A stretch of DNA of 64,000 nt from the NCBI GenBank assembly GCA_973895155.1, contig OZ316898.1, positions 18,425,292 to 18,489,291 of the forward strand, given 5' to 3'. This stretch comes from Marsupella aquatica (Eukaryota > Plantae > Marchantiophyta). This document shows, one piece after another, positions 27,568 to 37,734 of this stretch. A model generated the notes under the pieces. That model saw only the letters and a list, made by a program, of their open reading frames with translations. It made no database searches and was not told where the DNA came from. The stretch's first letter is position 1. Each line of letters starts with the position of its first letter. Position numbers and translations under genes: made by a program.

Positions 27568-27873
27568 ATGAGTTTACAAGGAATCCAAGACTGGGTATGG
27601 AGTTTGCACCACGAGGACGAAGATTACGAAGGATGGGGAAGCGGCTACGAGATTTTGTTCTGGGTGGTTGTGCTGGTGGTTCATTTCGCGCTGGTGTTTT
27701 ACGCGGCCTGGAACCTCGCGGTGAAGCACACTGAAGCTACCGGCAGCTCCGTGTTAGTACCAGTGAAGCCTGACGAAGTGTCTTCCACGGCGTCCGGTGA
27801 TTCCTCGCTTTTAGGCGGAGCAACTCGAAGGAAGAATAGAGGAGTCCTCTCGAGATTTTACCGGTCATCTTAG
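27568..27873 (+). CDS. Putative small single-pass membrane protein (101 aa)
   Basis: ATG start, acidic N-terminus, a clear hydrophobic helix ILFWVVVLVVHFALVFYAAW and a basic C-terminus, in CpG-rich context. No recognised family. Confidence 0.45.
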   Translation: MSLQGIQDWVWSLHHEDEDYEGWGSGYEILFWVVVLVVHFALVFYAAWNLAVKHTEATGSSVLVPVKPDEVSSTASGDSSLLGGATRRKNRGVLSRFYRSS

Positions 27874-29677
27874 TGGTCCTGTCGCCCTCGGGTATCGTCA
27901 CGACAGCGAAGCTCGTCATCGATATCAGATTAGATATTTGGTGATCTCATGACACCTCTTTGATGTCATAACTCGAGGGAGAAGAGGGACAAGGAAAAGG
28001 AAGCATGAGAATGCTATCGTCATGACTATTATGAGTCGTTTGGTGAGTGTTGTCACGAAACCGAGGCTGAGACTTTAGGTTGGTGGTTATAACGGAAGTC
28101 ACAGCGCGAAAGGAAAGGTTACACCAAATTTCTGTGATCACAGCTGGTCGCGCCAGGACAGGGACAACTGAGCTTACGGTGATGATTTTGGATACAGTAC
28201 GACTTCAGTGATGCAGACGTTTCTGCGTAGATATTGGATTTGAGGCGAATTCAGATGAATGATGGAGACGAACTGATGATGCGGAAGCTCTACGTCGATT
28301 ACTAGAGTCAAGTGCGAGCACAGCTGTTGAAGTGAAGACGACTCCGGGTGATGTAGAGCTCCTGCGTAATTGTGGGAGATAGAGCGACTGTAAATGACAG
28401 CCGCAGAAGTTCGTGCTCCCGTTCGTTCTGAGGCTGATCCACGGGCTTCTTTGGAAAATCAATAATTGTAGGTCGTCTTTTCGTGCTATTTAATCACAGA
28501 GAACGCGGCCCGGCTGGATTGTAGAATGAAAGATTCCTGTTCCACTCCAGCCGGCACTCAAGCGGCTCTCTTACATCCCGAGCTTGTAAACCGGACTTTT
28601 CAACTGAATATACTTGCAATAAATCGAACGTCGATAATATTTGACCGCTCTCTTACATCCCGAGTTCATTAGAATTCCAGTTGATTTCTATTTTTGTTCC
28701 ACCTCAGCCCGCTAGTCGCTATCGGAAGTGGAGATGCTTTCAGTGATCTTCACTTTCATTTTAACGGAGGCTCCGCCACGAGATTTCCAGGTATTTCTCA
28801 TTTAACCAAGGCAGGTCCTCTTTAAATTGTCAAGCAGAAGGCCTCAAATAGCTTGTTTGGCATCTCCTTCTTCGTTATGTAGTCAGTGATCTCACTGTCA
28901 CTTTCTGGAGCATGTCGACTTTGCGGGGGCATATCAAGTAATGCAATCTATAGTCGACTGCGGCGAGCTGTGACTCTGTCGAGCACATTGATTTTGAGGG
29001 GGCATATTGTCGACAATGTGACGATCGCCAAACGCAGCGATGAAGATTTTTGCTCCATGAACATTGAAGCTCGGTATGCGAATGGGGTTCGATTGATTTT
29101 GCCACAGCCGAAAACCTGGAGTGCTGAACCGAACGAGAGTGGGGACGGACTGCCGGACCGACTGCCGGACCGACCTGTCAACAAGTTTCGGGATAAAAGG
29201 GCGCGGTATATACGTGGGTATATACCGGATATCCCATATGTCAGAGAATATGTGTCCGGTATCCGTGGTACGACTTGTTGGAAACGCTTACGGACGTACT
29301 TCTCTGACCGATGGAAGATGCTGAGAAACGTTTATAATAATGGTCCCGAGATGGATTGGTAGTATAGGATTAGGGGCCTCCGGTGACCTTACCCTTATTA
29401 CCAGGTATAGGGCAACATAAACTTGACCCGCATATCCAAGAAGAAATATGGGAAACCATATACTCGTAAAGAATACATAGATATTTGATTGTATTTTCAG
29501 ATTATGTGCTTAGTTCTGATCGGGTCACATGGGCAACATAATCTTGACGGGTATATCCAAGAAGAGATATGGGAGACCAGATGCTTGTAAAGAATACATA
29601 ATTATGTATTTGATTCTATTTTCAGATCATGTGTTTAATTATGTATTTGATTCTATTTTCAGATCATGTGTTTAGTT

Positions 29678-29860
29678 AAGGACCCCACTAGAGGTCTCTT
29701 CCAAAATTCCTGGCTCCACAGTTTGCCATGTCATCATGACTCGATGCAAACAGGTACAAATTGGTTTACTTTAAATATTCGTGTTTGCGGCAGGATTTTG
29801 GTAAATTTGAGTACGCCATGCCTTAAATCTTCATGTAAAATGTACTCAAAAATAATTGTT
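29678..29860. repeat. Dispersed repeat, likely DNA-transposon end; inverted homologue at ~62500-62690
   Basis: ggacccca.tagaggtc..ttccaaaattcctggctccaca...attcgtgtttgcg...acgccatg is shared with the reverse complement of 62500-62690. Confidence 0.6.
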
Positions 29861-30474
29861 TTATTTACCCTGAGTAGGCCCGCCACTCAGTTTTATTTAC
29901 CGCAAATAACCAACTGCCCACCCTTTTTTGTGAATTGTGGTTTCAATTCCGTAATAAATAAGTAATTAAATGAAGCAACACAACATGGCCGTTAAGTACT
30001 CTTGCTCCATAGCGATGAGAAGTGATGCAACTAATGATAGAGAGACGACTTTGGATTGAACGAAAGAGAGGAGGGGAGGGAAACACCAAAACTAGCCAGG
30101 ATGTGATTGCGAAGGTAAAAGGATGGGAGCAATTGATCTCCAAGGATTCCAACGGGACTATGTGATCCGCAATTTATACCCGAAATCTGCAACAGGTGGA
30201 AAGAATGATTGAATAAACGGAAGAATTGAATGTGAAGGGGTCCAATGAAGTCATGAGACACCGAAGTCTCGAGACACCGAAGTCTCAAACAGCAATAATC
30301 GATGAAATGACGAAATGATTGTCCGAGGAGACCAACAATGTGTTTCAATCTCCAAGTGACAGGACAGACCCAATGGTCACCAAGTTCACGTGACTAAGTC
30401 ACTGCTAAATCAAATACTTCAACCACTCCACTTTCACAGCCGAGTGGGAGGACAAGGAGTGCGCTGAGACTATT

Positions 30475-30747
30475 CCTTGGAATGGTAGCCATTTTATAAA
30501 TATTTTCAGTTCCCCCGCGAAAAGCCCCACGGGGAGGGCACACAAACAGAACATATACTCGGCAGGAAGCCAAGACAGAACAGAGGACCTAACCTCATCC
30601 AACCCCATCCCTCATCAGGCAAGGAATTAACCTCCCTGGAGACACCTAACAGCAAAAGAGGATGACCAGCAACCCAAACACACACCACACAATCTCAAAA
30701 CCAGCTTGAGGGCAACAATGCCCCCAGAACCAGACATTCGTCGGTCT
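30475..30747 (-). mobile_element. 273-bp insertion with 17-bp TSD (probable 5'-truncated non-LTR retroelement)
   Basis: Perfect direct repeat agtgcgctgagactatt at 30458-30474 and 30748-30764. Strand is inferred from composition only. Confidence 0.6.
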
Positions 30748-32681
30748 AGTGCGCTGAGACTATTAAACGCTCTGGTTAGAATCTTCCTTGCTTCGCCTGC
30801 CGCCCCTCGCTCTCTCTTTCATTGCTGACCCGGGTTTATGCTTTGAGCCTCTCCTGGCCTTCTGGTAAAGAAACAATTCAAGGGTAACAATTTGCAGCTC
30901 AGCTAGAAATTCATCGATGATACACTCATGAGTTTTTTGGCAGCGAGCTCTGTTGAGAGATGCAAGAGTATGGCTATCTAAAAAATTAATAAATGGGCAT
31001 CCTAGTCCTCACCGTGCCCAAGATCAAACAAGTACAGGAAGGTTCCGAGATGACACAATTTCAAATGGCCACGTTGCGATCATCCCCTTACATAGGCTCC
31101 ATTCATCCGGAAGTATGATCAATCGCGCAATCTAGCTACTCAGATAAGAATTATTCTTGAGGACTTTAAATCCCCTTAGTGCAAAATTAAATGCCTCTCA
31201 ATCAACTCTGCCCACCACTGCTTGAAAAAAATCGAATCCTTCTAGGCATACAACAAATGCCCATTCTGTGGTAGCGTCGGTGTCCTGGTGACAGAGTACC
31301 ATGGTACAGTTCCCAGTAGTCAAAGCTGTTGTGACTACTAGAAAGTCTCCGTCGTGAATCTGTCGTGACCAAACCTTGACAACTATGCTAAACACTAGAC
31401 TTCCAGTGAACAAAGTTTTGCGAACTGACCATATTGAGATAAAGTGACAACCTAGACAATTCTATGGTTTAAATTGTGATGGCATCGTGGGTTCCACGGT
31501 GCCTCGCACTAGATGCGTACAAGGTAATTATTGCGAACCAACTCTGGCCACCACCGCTACCTACCAGACAGCAATCGCTTGAGACAAGCGAGAATTAATG
31601 TAGATGACCCTAAGCTTGACACATAGGTTTACTCACTCTAAACAATACCGTGGAGAAGTGTGTTGCATTACTTTCTAAAATCCATTGTTGAAATAGCTGG
31701 CTTTGGATTGTAGAAATAGCTGGCTTTGGATGAGTCAAAAAATTATTCTGGCAAGGAAATTGTTCAACTGCAGTTTGTCCGGTCTTTGTTCAAAGGTGTT
31801 CTAGATGATCCAAACGAGAGCTGTATTTTACGTCCTCGGGTGAGCTCTATTTCCATTCCAACCTGCAATTAGATCTTCAACTGTGCTCATGATTCCTAAT
31901 TGAAATACCTTTGCTGGCTCCAGAGCTGAACTCCCAAGCGATTGGGATTGCCTCAAGGTCAGAGCACCACGCTGCAGCTTCAGAACTAGTTGAGGTTTGC
32001 TCATATATTCAGCTCGGTCACTATTTTCAGCTGGCCTAGCTAGTCTCCAGATTCGATCCACCATGTAGTCTCAATAAAGATATGTTAATTGTCACACATT
32101 TTATAACACATTTATCTATTTCACATGTATTGTCCAACACATACCTCACATACAATCAAAACAGATAGGGGTCCACTAACTAATTTTGATTGGGTCACAT
32201 TAATTTTCACACTGTTTGCAATGCTTACAGCTACACAGTACTATATCTTGTCTAATCTATCTATCTATCTTCTAATGAGATAGAAAAAGGAATAGATGTA
32301 GAGGAATCAATGAATAAACACCATAATAAGGAGAACACATGACCTTAAAGTGTGTATTTAGATGGTAGAGGAATCAATATTGACAAACACCATAATAAGA
32401 CATAAGAAGAGAACACATTACCTTAAAGTGTGAGGTGGACCATAATTTCTAAATGATGCATCTGTTATGTGTAACTATTTATGGACTTGATATTTCTATA
32501 GTCTTTTGTTTAGGAGTAAGTTTTTTTGGAAAGTAATTACTATAATAGGTTTTTTTATTTTTATAAATTACTATAGTAGGTTGTTCCAAATCCATAAATT
32601 TTTCAGCTTGGATAGCGCTTGGGACTTGGATAGCAGTCGGGATTGTTATGGGTTGGGGCAACAGTCATAACTAGTCGGGCA

Positions 32682-33015
32682 TGTTGAGCAAAGACAACAG
32701 TCACAACGGCAAGCCCATGATCATCCAATACATAAGTAGTCAACACAAAGAGATACGTGGTTCACCTCAGTTGAGATTACGTCCATGGGAACACAAGAGA
32801 TTTCCTCCACTCTAGGTTTGTCTTTCATATCGAGTCTCCGTAATACAAAATCTCTCTATCTCTCAAGTGACCCCGTAACAATGAGCCTAAGTTCCTCCAA
32901 TCCAAATAAACAGTGTTTGGGTTATAGTGTGCAACATAGTTAGCCTAACTTAGTCCACGATTAAGGTCAGCTATAACTATGGTTACAGCCATAACCCTTG
33001 ACCTAAGAGTAAACG
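32682..33015. mobile_element. Degenerate LTR fragment (same family as 590-925)
   Basis: Starts tgttgagca and contains acgtggttcacc...tacgtcca. Homologous to 590-925 (inverted) and 59891-60290. Confidence 0.55.
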
Positions 33016-34756
33016 CCTAATACGGCACCGAATGTGAAGTGTCATGATCAAGTCTGGACCTCATGATGCCTTTGAATGTCGTTGATTGTCTCACGCTCCC
33101 ATTGGCTTTTGCTAGAGCCATAACATCACTTTCACAACAACAACATTAACCAAAATGGCTACACTTTTGCAACAAGTCACCCAACCAAAATGATGATAGT
33201 TCCATGACCGCACAGATCTAATATGACAACACTTCCTTGACTTGTCTACACTTCTTTGCCTCACCTCATCATCTAAACCCTAAAGACTCTGGCATTGTAG
33301 AACAAACAACAATCATGCAAACAATGGCCATTGGGCTAGTACACTATAAATAATTTTGGGTTCATTGTACCACCTAATTTGAATTGTGACATGTACACAA
33401 TTATTCATTGACCATTGAACTTCTGTCAGCCTCCCCCCTCCCCCACACAAAGCCTTAAGCCAGAGTAATGATTACCCTGAGTGTAATATTCTTTTAGGTT
33501 CTAACTTATATATGAAGGAAAGTCCTGTTTATAGGGCATTGTGTGTGTCATACTACCCCCAAAATGAGAGCTTTGGCTAGTATAGAGGGGCTGTTGTTGT
33601 CCAGAATATTTGGTACTACTACCTTCATACACTTAAATCACACCTTGTCACTTGCCTCTCCAACGGTTAATACGTGCAAACCGCACTTTTCTTCGCTTAA
33701 ACCGTTGGTATCGTATTACGGGGTCGTGGAGGGACGCTATTTGGATTCTTTTCACACCAGGATGAGTATTTTGGTTTCCGCTCCCGGAAATGTAGGTTTT
33801 GATCAAGTCTACCGACTACCCTCACCCCACAGCTTTTGATCAAGTCCTGCCGACTACCCCACTACACCTTCACTCGGAGTCACCCAAAGAGTGCTGTCAC
33901 CACCCCTACTCACAAGGCCGACTCAAACCAAGCAAGTTTCTTCAAATCATAGAACGGGAGAACACAATTCGGAAAGCGAAAAAGGGAGAAGGAACACACA
34001 ACAAAAGCCCATCAAGTCAAATGTACAGATCCATATCTCTTGGGAAAAACGATACACATTGCATGAGTAACCCGGCCTCCTGCCGTCTACTCAACTCCTG
34101 CCTCTCCGGACAATGAGTATGGCTCCCCCTCACTACTCTGAACACGCTTTCAAACTCCTCAGGCTCCACTCTATCCCTCCTTGCTAACTTCACACTGAGT
34201 CCCCCTAACTACTTCGGGGCTATCCCCCTAAATACTGAAAAATCACACCAAAGCACCCCTCACAGGGTCACAACGGTGGCGGCTACCCTAGCGGCGCCGC
34301 TAAAACCTTGCACTAAGAGAAATCCTTAAACTGAAGAGGAGCATGCGGCACACACATGCTGCTAAAACCCTAAACCCAAAACAAGGGGGCCGACGGTGCC
34401 TTCGACGGCGCCCCAACAGTACACGTGAACCCTGAAAGTGAGAGGCACCCCAAAATGGCCGAAACTAGGTGCCCTTCCAAGTGCACACCTGAGCTCACCC
34501 CTGGATAGCTCTTCTTTTCCTGCTTCCGAATCACTAAGTCGCTCCCTCAACGGACTCCAGACGCCTGAGTTATGGCCGTTTCCGTACCGCAAAAACATAA
34601 GTTCTCCAGGCCATAACTTGCTCATCCCGGCTCCGTTTGAGGAGCGCCGCCTCTTGTTGGAATCAGCTCCGCGAGCTCATCCCAACAAGCCCATGAGTGA
34701 CCCCCCACTAAAATGTTGGAAATCTGGAGGCCGTACACCCACGTCCGTACGCCTAT

Positions 34757-36613
34757 CTAATCCTCCTCTTCTTCTTCGCTCTCGGTGCCCGGACTTGTGC
34801 CCCGTGAGTGGTCCTCCTCCTCATCACTCACGGGAGTGAGTGCCACCGTACTTTTCTTCTTCTTCGACGGAGTACTCTTAGTGCTGCTGCTCCCGCGCTT
34901 CCTCAAAGCAGCCAAGGCCTGCCACGCCTTGATGTACCCCTCACCAATTGTGTCCTTCCAGAGGGTAGCCTCTTCTCCGGACCGCAACTCCAACGGTAGA
35001 ACTTGCCCCGTGGCCATGGGAGTCCCGGGGGTGACAGACCTGGGTGGCATCCCCGTACTGACCTGAGCCTCCCGTAACGATTTCCGTACCTCCCGGAGCT
35101 TCTTCTCCAAGCTCTTACTCTTCTCCTGACTCTTCTTGGCTCCATCCAACAAGGGTCCATACTTCCCACTAACCTCCTTCACCACCATCTCGATAGCTTG
35201 GGAGATCACATCCGGGGAAAGTGTGGAGCCAGGTGTGCCGGGACTCTTCCGTTTCCCTAGACTCAGGGCCTCACTTCTCTTCGCTCGTGTCTCAAAGGCT
35301 GCCACCTGACTCCGTAGTGCTCCCACCTGGTTCCTCCACTCCATCACTTCTCCAGAATTTTGCTTCTCTTTGGCCAATGCTTGCCTCAACGCTCCTACTT
35401 CTTCTGCTTCCTTGGCCTTGGTGGACAAAGCTCCCTTCAAGTTGGTGATCTCTACGTGAGCTGCATTGATGTGCCTGACCTTCTCATGAATGGTCTGCTC
35501 CTTGGTCTTGATCACCTCCTTCAGTGACAGGATGCTCTGCTCTAACGTCTCTACTTTGACTGTGGCGTGCTTGAGAGACTCCCTCAATGCGTGGACTAGC
35601 TTGAGTCCCTCGTGGACTCCCTCTCTGAAATCCCGTAGCTCTGCCAAGTAAACATCCGGAATGTTGTATTCCAGAGGCTGTTTCGGATCTCCCACGAGTG
35701 ATTCAAGCCACTCCAATGTGCAATCATCCTCCTGGTTCTCTTCTTCTCTATTATCCTCCCCACCAGCAGACAATGATTCCTCCGTGAGCTTCCCTAAAAC
35801 GGTAGTGGCAATACTCCGGATCTCCGTGGTGAGAGATGATCCCGTGTCTTCATGCCCCGGAGAACCAATCAACCCTTCTGCCCTGGCCAATACAAATGAC
35901 CCCATCAAATGTACAGCCCCACCTGGTTTCACACTCCCGGGCTCAGCGGCCAATAGCTTCTTCAATCCGTAGCACCACCATCCGTACACATGGGCTGGGT
36001 AGTTCTTGATGTCCATAGCTACCACGAAATGCTCCTCATTCAGCACTCCGGATTGCACGTTGCCAAGAACCCGTTGATGCACCTTGGCCAGGAAGCCCTT
36101 ATACTCAACATCCTTGACAGCAGAAAGAGGGATGGCGGTGGTGGAGGTAGGATTGGTCACCCAAGTGGCCACCATTTTCAACGTGAGTTCTCCCCTGATA
36201 TTCCGAGGTGTGAATGAGAATTTCTGATTCTCAAGAAACAATAGCTTAGCCAACTCCACATGGGGCACTACACGTTTGAGACATTCAAAGTAGATTCCCT
36301 CCGTTCGGAACTCCATCCCGGCCTCAATGTCCCAGCTCTTCCCTGAAGGGATGGTAATCTCCACCTTCATGAATTCTGTAAGCCCGGTGGCTTGGAAAAT
36401 GTTCCGACAATCCTCCATCACCTTGGTGGAGGTCTTGGGATAAATTCGACGAAAAATCTTCCTACCCACCGGTGAGGAACCCGCTGCCAATCCCGTGCTC
36501 ATCATAACTTCTCTCTCTTCCCTTTCCCGTGTAATCCGAGTCTCCACGTAGTCACGGTAAGCAGCCTTGTATCTCCGAATGCGTGACGCACTAAACTCTG
36601 GTTGATCTAGCAT
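34757..36613 (-). CDS. LTR-encoded 618-aa accessory protein, 3' LTR copy (coiled coil, NLS-like motifs; possibly remote Athila env-like/ORF1 homologue)
   Basis: Uninterrupted 1,857-bp ATG ORF in the same sense as gag-pol. Heptad region at ~aa 320-445; basic motifs GKRKSP and PSKKKKS; acidic tail. Confidence 0.8.
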   Translation of the reverse strand: MLDQPEFSASRIRRYKAAYRDYVETRITREREEREVMMSTGLAAGSSPVGRKIFRRIYPKTSTKVMEDCRNIFQATGLTEFMKVEITIPSGKSWDIEAGMEFRTEGIYFECLKRVVPHVELAKLLFLENQKFSFTPRNIRGELTLKMVATWVTNPTSTTAIPLSAVKDVEYKGFLAKVHQRVLGNVQSGVLNEEHFVVAMDIKNYPAHVYGWWCYGLKKLLAAEPGSVKPGGAVHLMGSFVLARAEGLIGSPGHEDTGSSLTTEIRSIATTVLGKLTEESLSAGGEDNREEENQEDDCTLEWLESLVGDPKQPLEYNIPDVYLAELRDFREGVHEGLKLVHALRESLKHATVKVETLEQSILSLKEVIKTKEQTIHEKVRHINAAHVEITNLKGALSTKAKEAEEVGALRQALAKEKQNSGEVMEWRNQVGALRSQVAAFETRAKRSEALSLGKRKSPGTPGSTLSPDVISQAIEMVVKEVSGKYGPLLDGAKKSQEKSKSLEKKLREVRKSLREAQVSTGMPPRSVTPGTPMATGQVLPLELRSGEEATLWKDTIGEGYIKAWQALAALRKRGSSSTKSTPSKKKKSTVALTPVSDEEEDHSRGTSPGTESEEEEED

Positions 36614-37035
36614 CCATGCATCCCGAAATCAATTTCTCAATCACCAATCCCGTCACCCGTGGCAATGTCAATTCCCTGGCCCGAAACAGCCCCCGTAGCC
36701 CGATCACTTAAATTCTCTCAATTTCCCGTCACTACTCCGTGCGGCCGCCACTAATGCCTGGAAGAATGACGCCAGCAAGCCCCACTAATCCACCATGAAA
36801 GAGAGAGCTTCAAAAATAATTAGAATCTGGAGAGAGCTTCCGGCAAGAGAGAGAAGAACCCCGTTTTTGCTTTCGGCAATGAGAGGGTCGTGCAAAAGGA
36901 AGAGGGAAAGAAAAAGGAAGGAAAAAAAAATAGAACCGAAAAAACTCCTGGCGCCTTCGCCATGCGCCCCGGCCCATTTCTCGGGCCTTACCCTTGCATC
37001 CTCCTGCGCGCGGCCCTATGCAGGGCGCGCGGCCA

Positions 37036-37407
37036 TTCCTCCCGGCTCGCGGGAGGCCCTTCAACTCCCCCCCGCTCGCGTGATCCTCCCAGCTCGCGGG
37101 AGGCCCTTTAACTCCCCCCCGCTCGCGTGATCCTCCCAGCTCGCGGGAGGCCCTTTAACTCCCCCCCGCTCGCGTGATCCTCCCAGCTCGCGGGAGGCCC
37201 TTTAACTCCCCCCCGCTCGCGTGATCCTCCCAGCTCGCGGGAGGCCCTTTAACTCCCCCCCCCCGCTCGCTTGCGCTCCTTCAGCTCGCGGAGCCTCATT
37301 AATTGCCCGGGCACGCAGCCCTATGGGCTCGCGAGGCAGCCCCTTCAGCTCGCGGAGCCCCATTAATCGCCCGGGCACGCAGCCCTATGGGCTCGCGAGG
37401 CAGCCCC
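37036..37407. repeat. GC-rich 47-bp tandem array (~5 copies) plus 64-bp x2 repeat inside the LTR (again at ~47779-48153)
   Basis: Unit gctcgcgggaggccctttaactcccccccgctcgcgtgatcctccca at 37045/37092/37139/37186/37233; then tcagctcgcggagcc...gaggcagcccc at 37281 and 37345. Confidence 0.95.
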
Positions 37408-37734
37408 TCTTTCTCTCGGACGGCCACTAATGGGACTCGCCCTCCTGAGGAGGGATTTATTTAAAAAAAAACCCCCCCCTCTCCTGACTTTGCAATGGGG
37501 GTCTCAACAATAGCTCTTGAAGCAAAACGGTAAGTCCTATGGGGCTGGTCCTGGCTAGTTTCAAGGTCCCAAAATATTTGCCCACTTAGGTCGCCGCAAA
37601 TCTTAGAACTATTATGAGAGAAAGAATATAAAGTCACCTGGGGCATCATCAACCTATAATGACGGAATTAACTAAAAATTAAAAAATGGCTTATTTACAT
37701 TGACTATTAACAAGGTATCGGCCTTTGCAACCAG

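Noticed and set aside
34757-36613. 618-aa ORF as a true viral envelope glycoprotein
   Set aside because: No signal peptide, TM helix or cysteine-rich ectodomain is visible.
37036-37285. 47-bp (and 45-bp at 27359) repeats as CRISPR arrays
   Set aside because: Units are contiguous with no unique spacers, there are no cas genes, and the context is eukaryotic.
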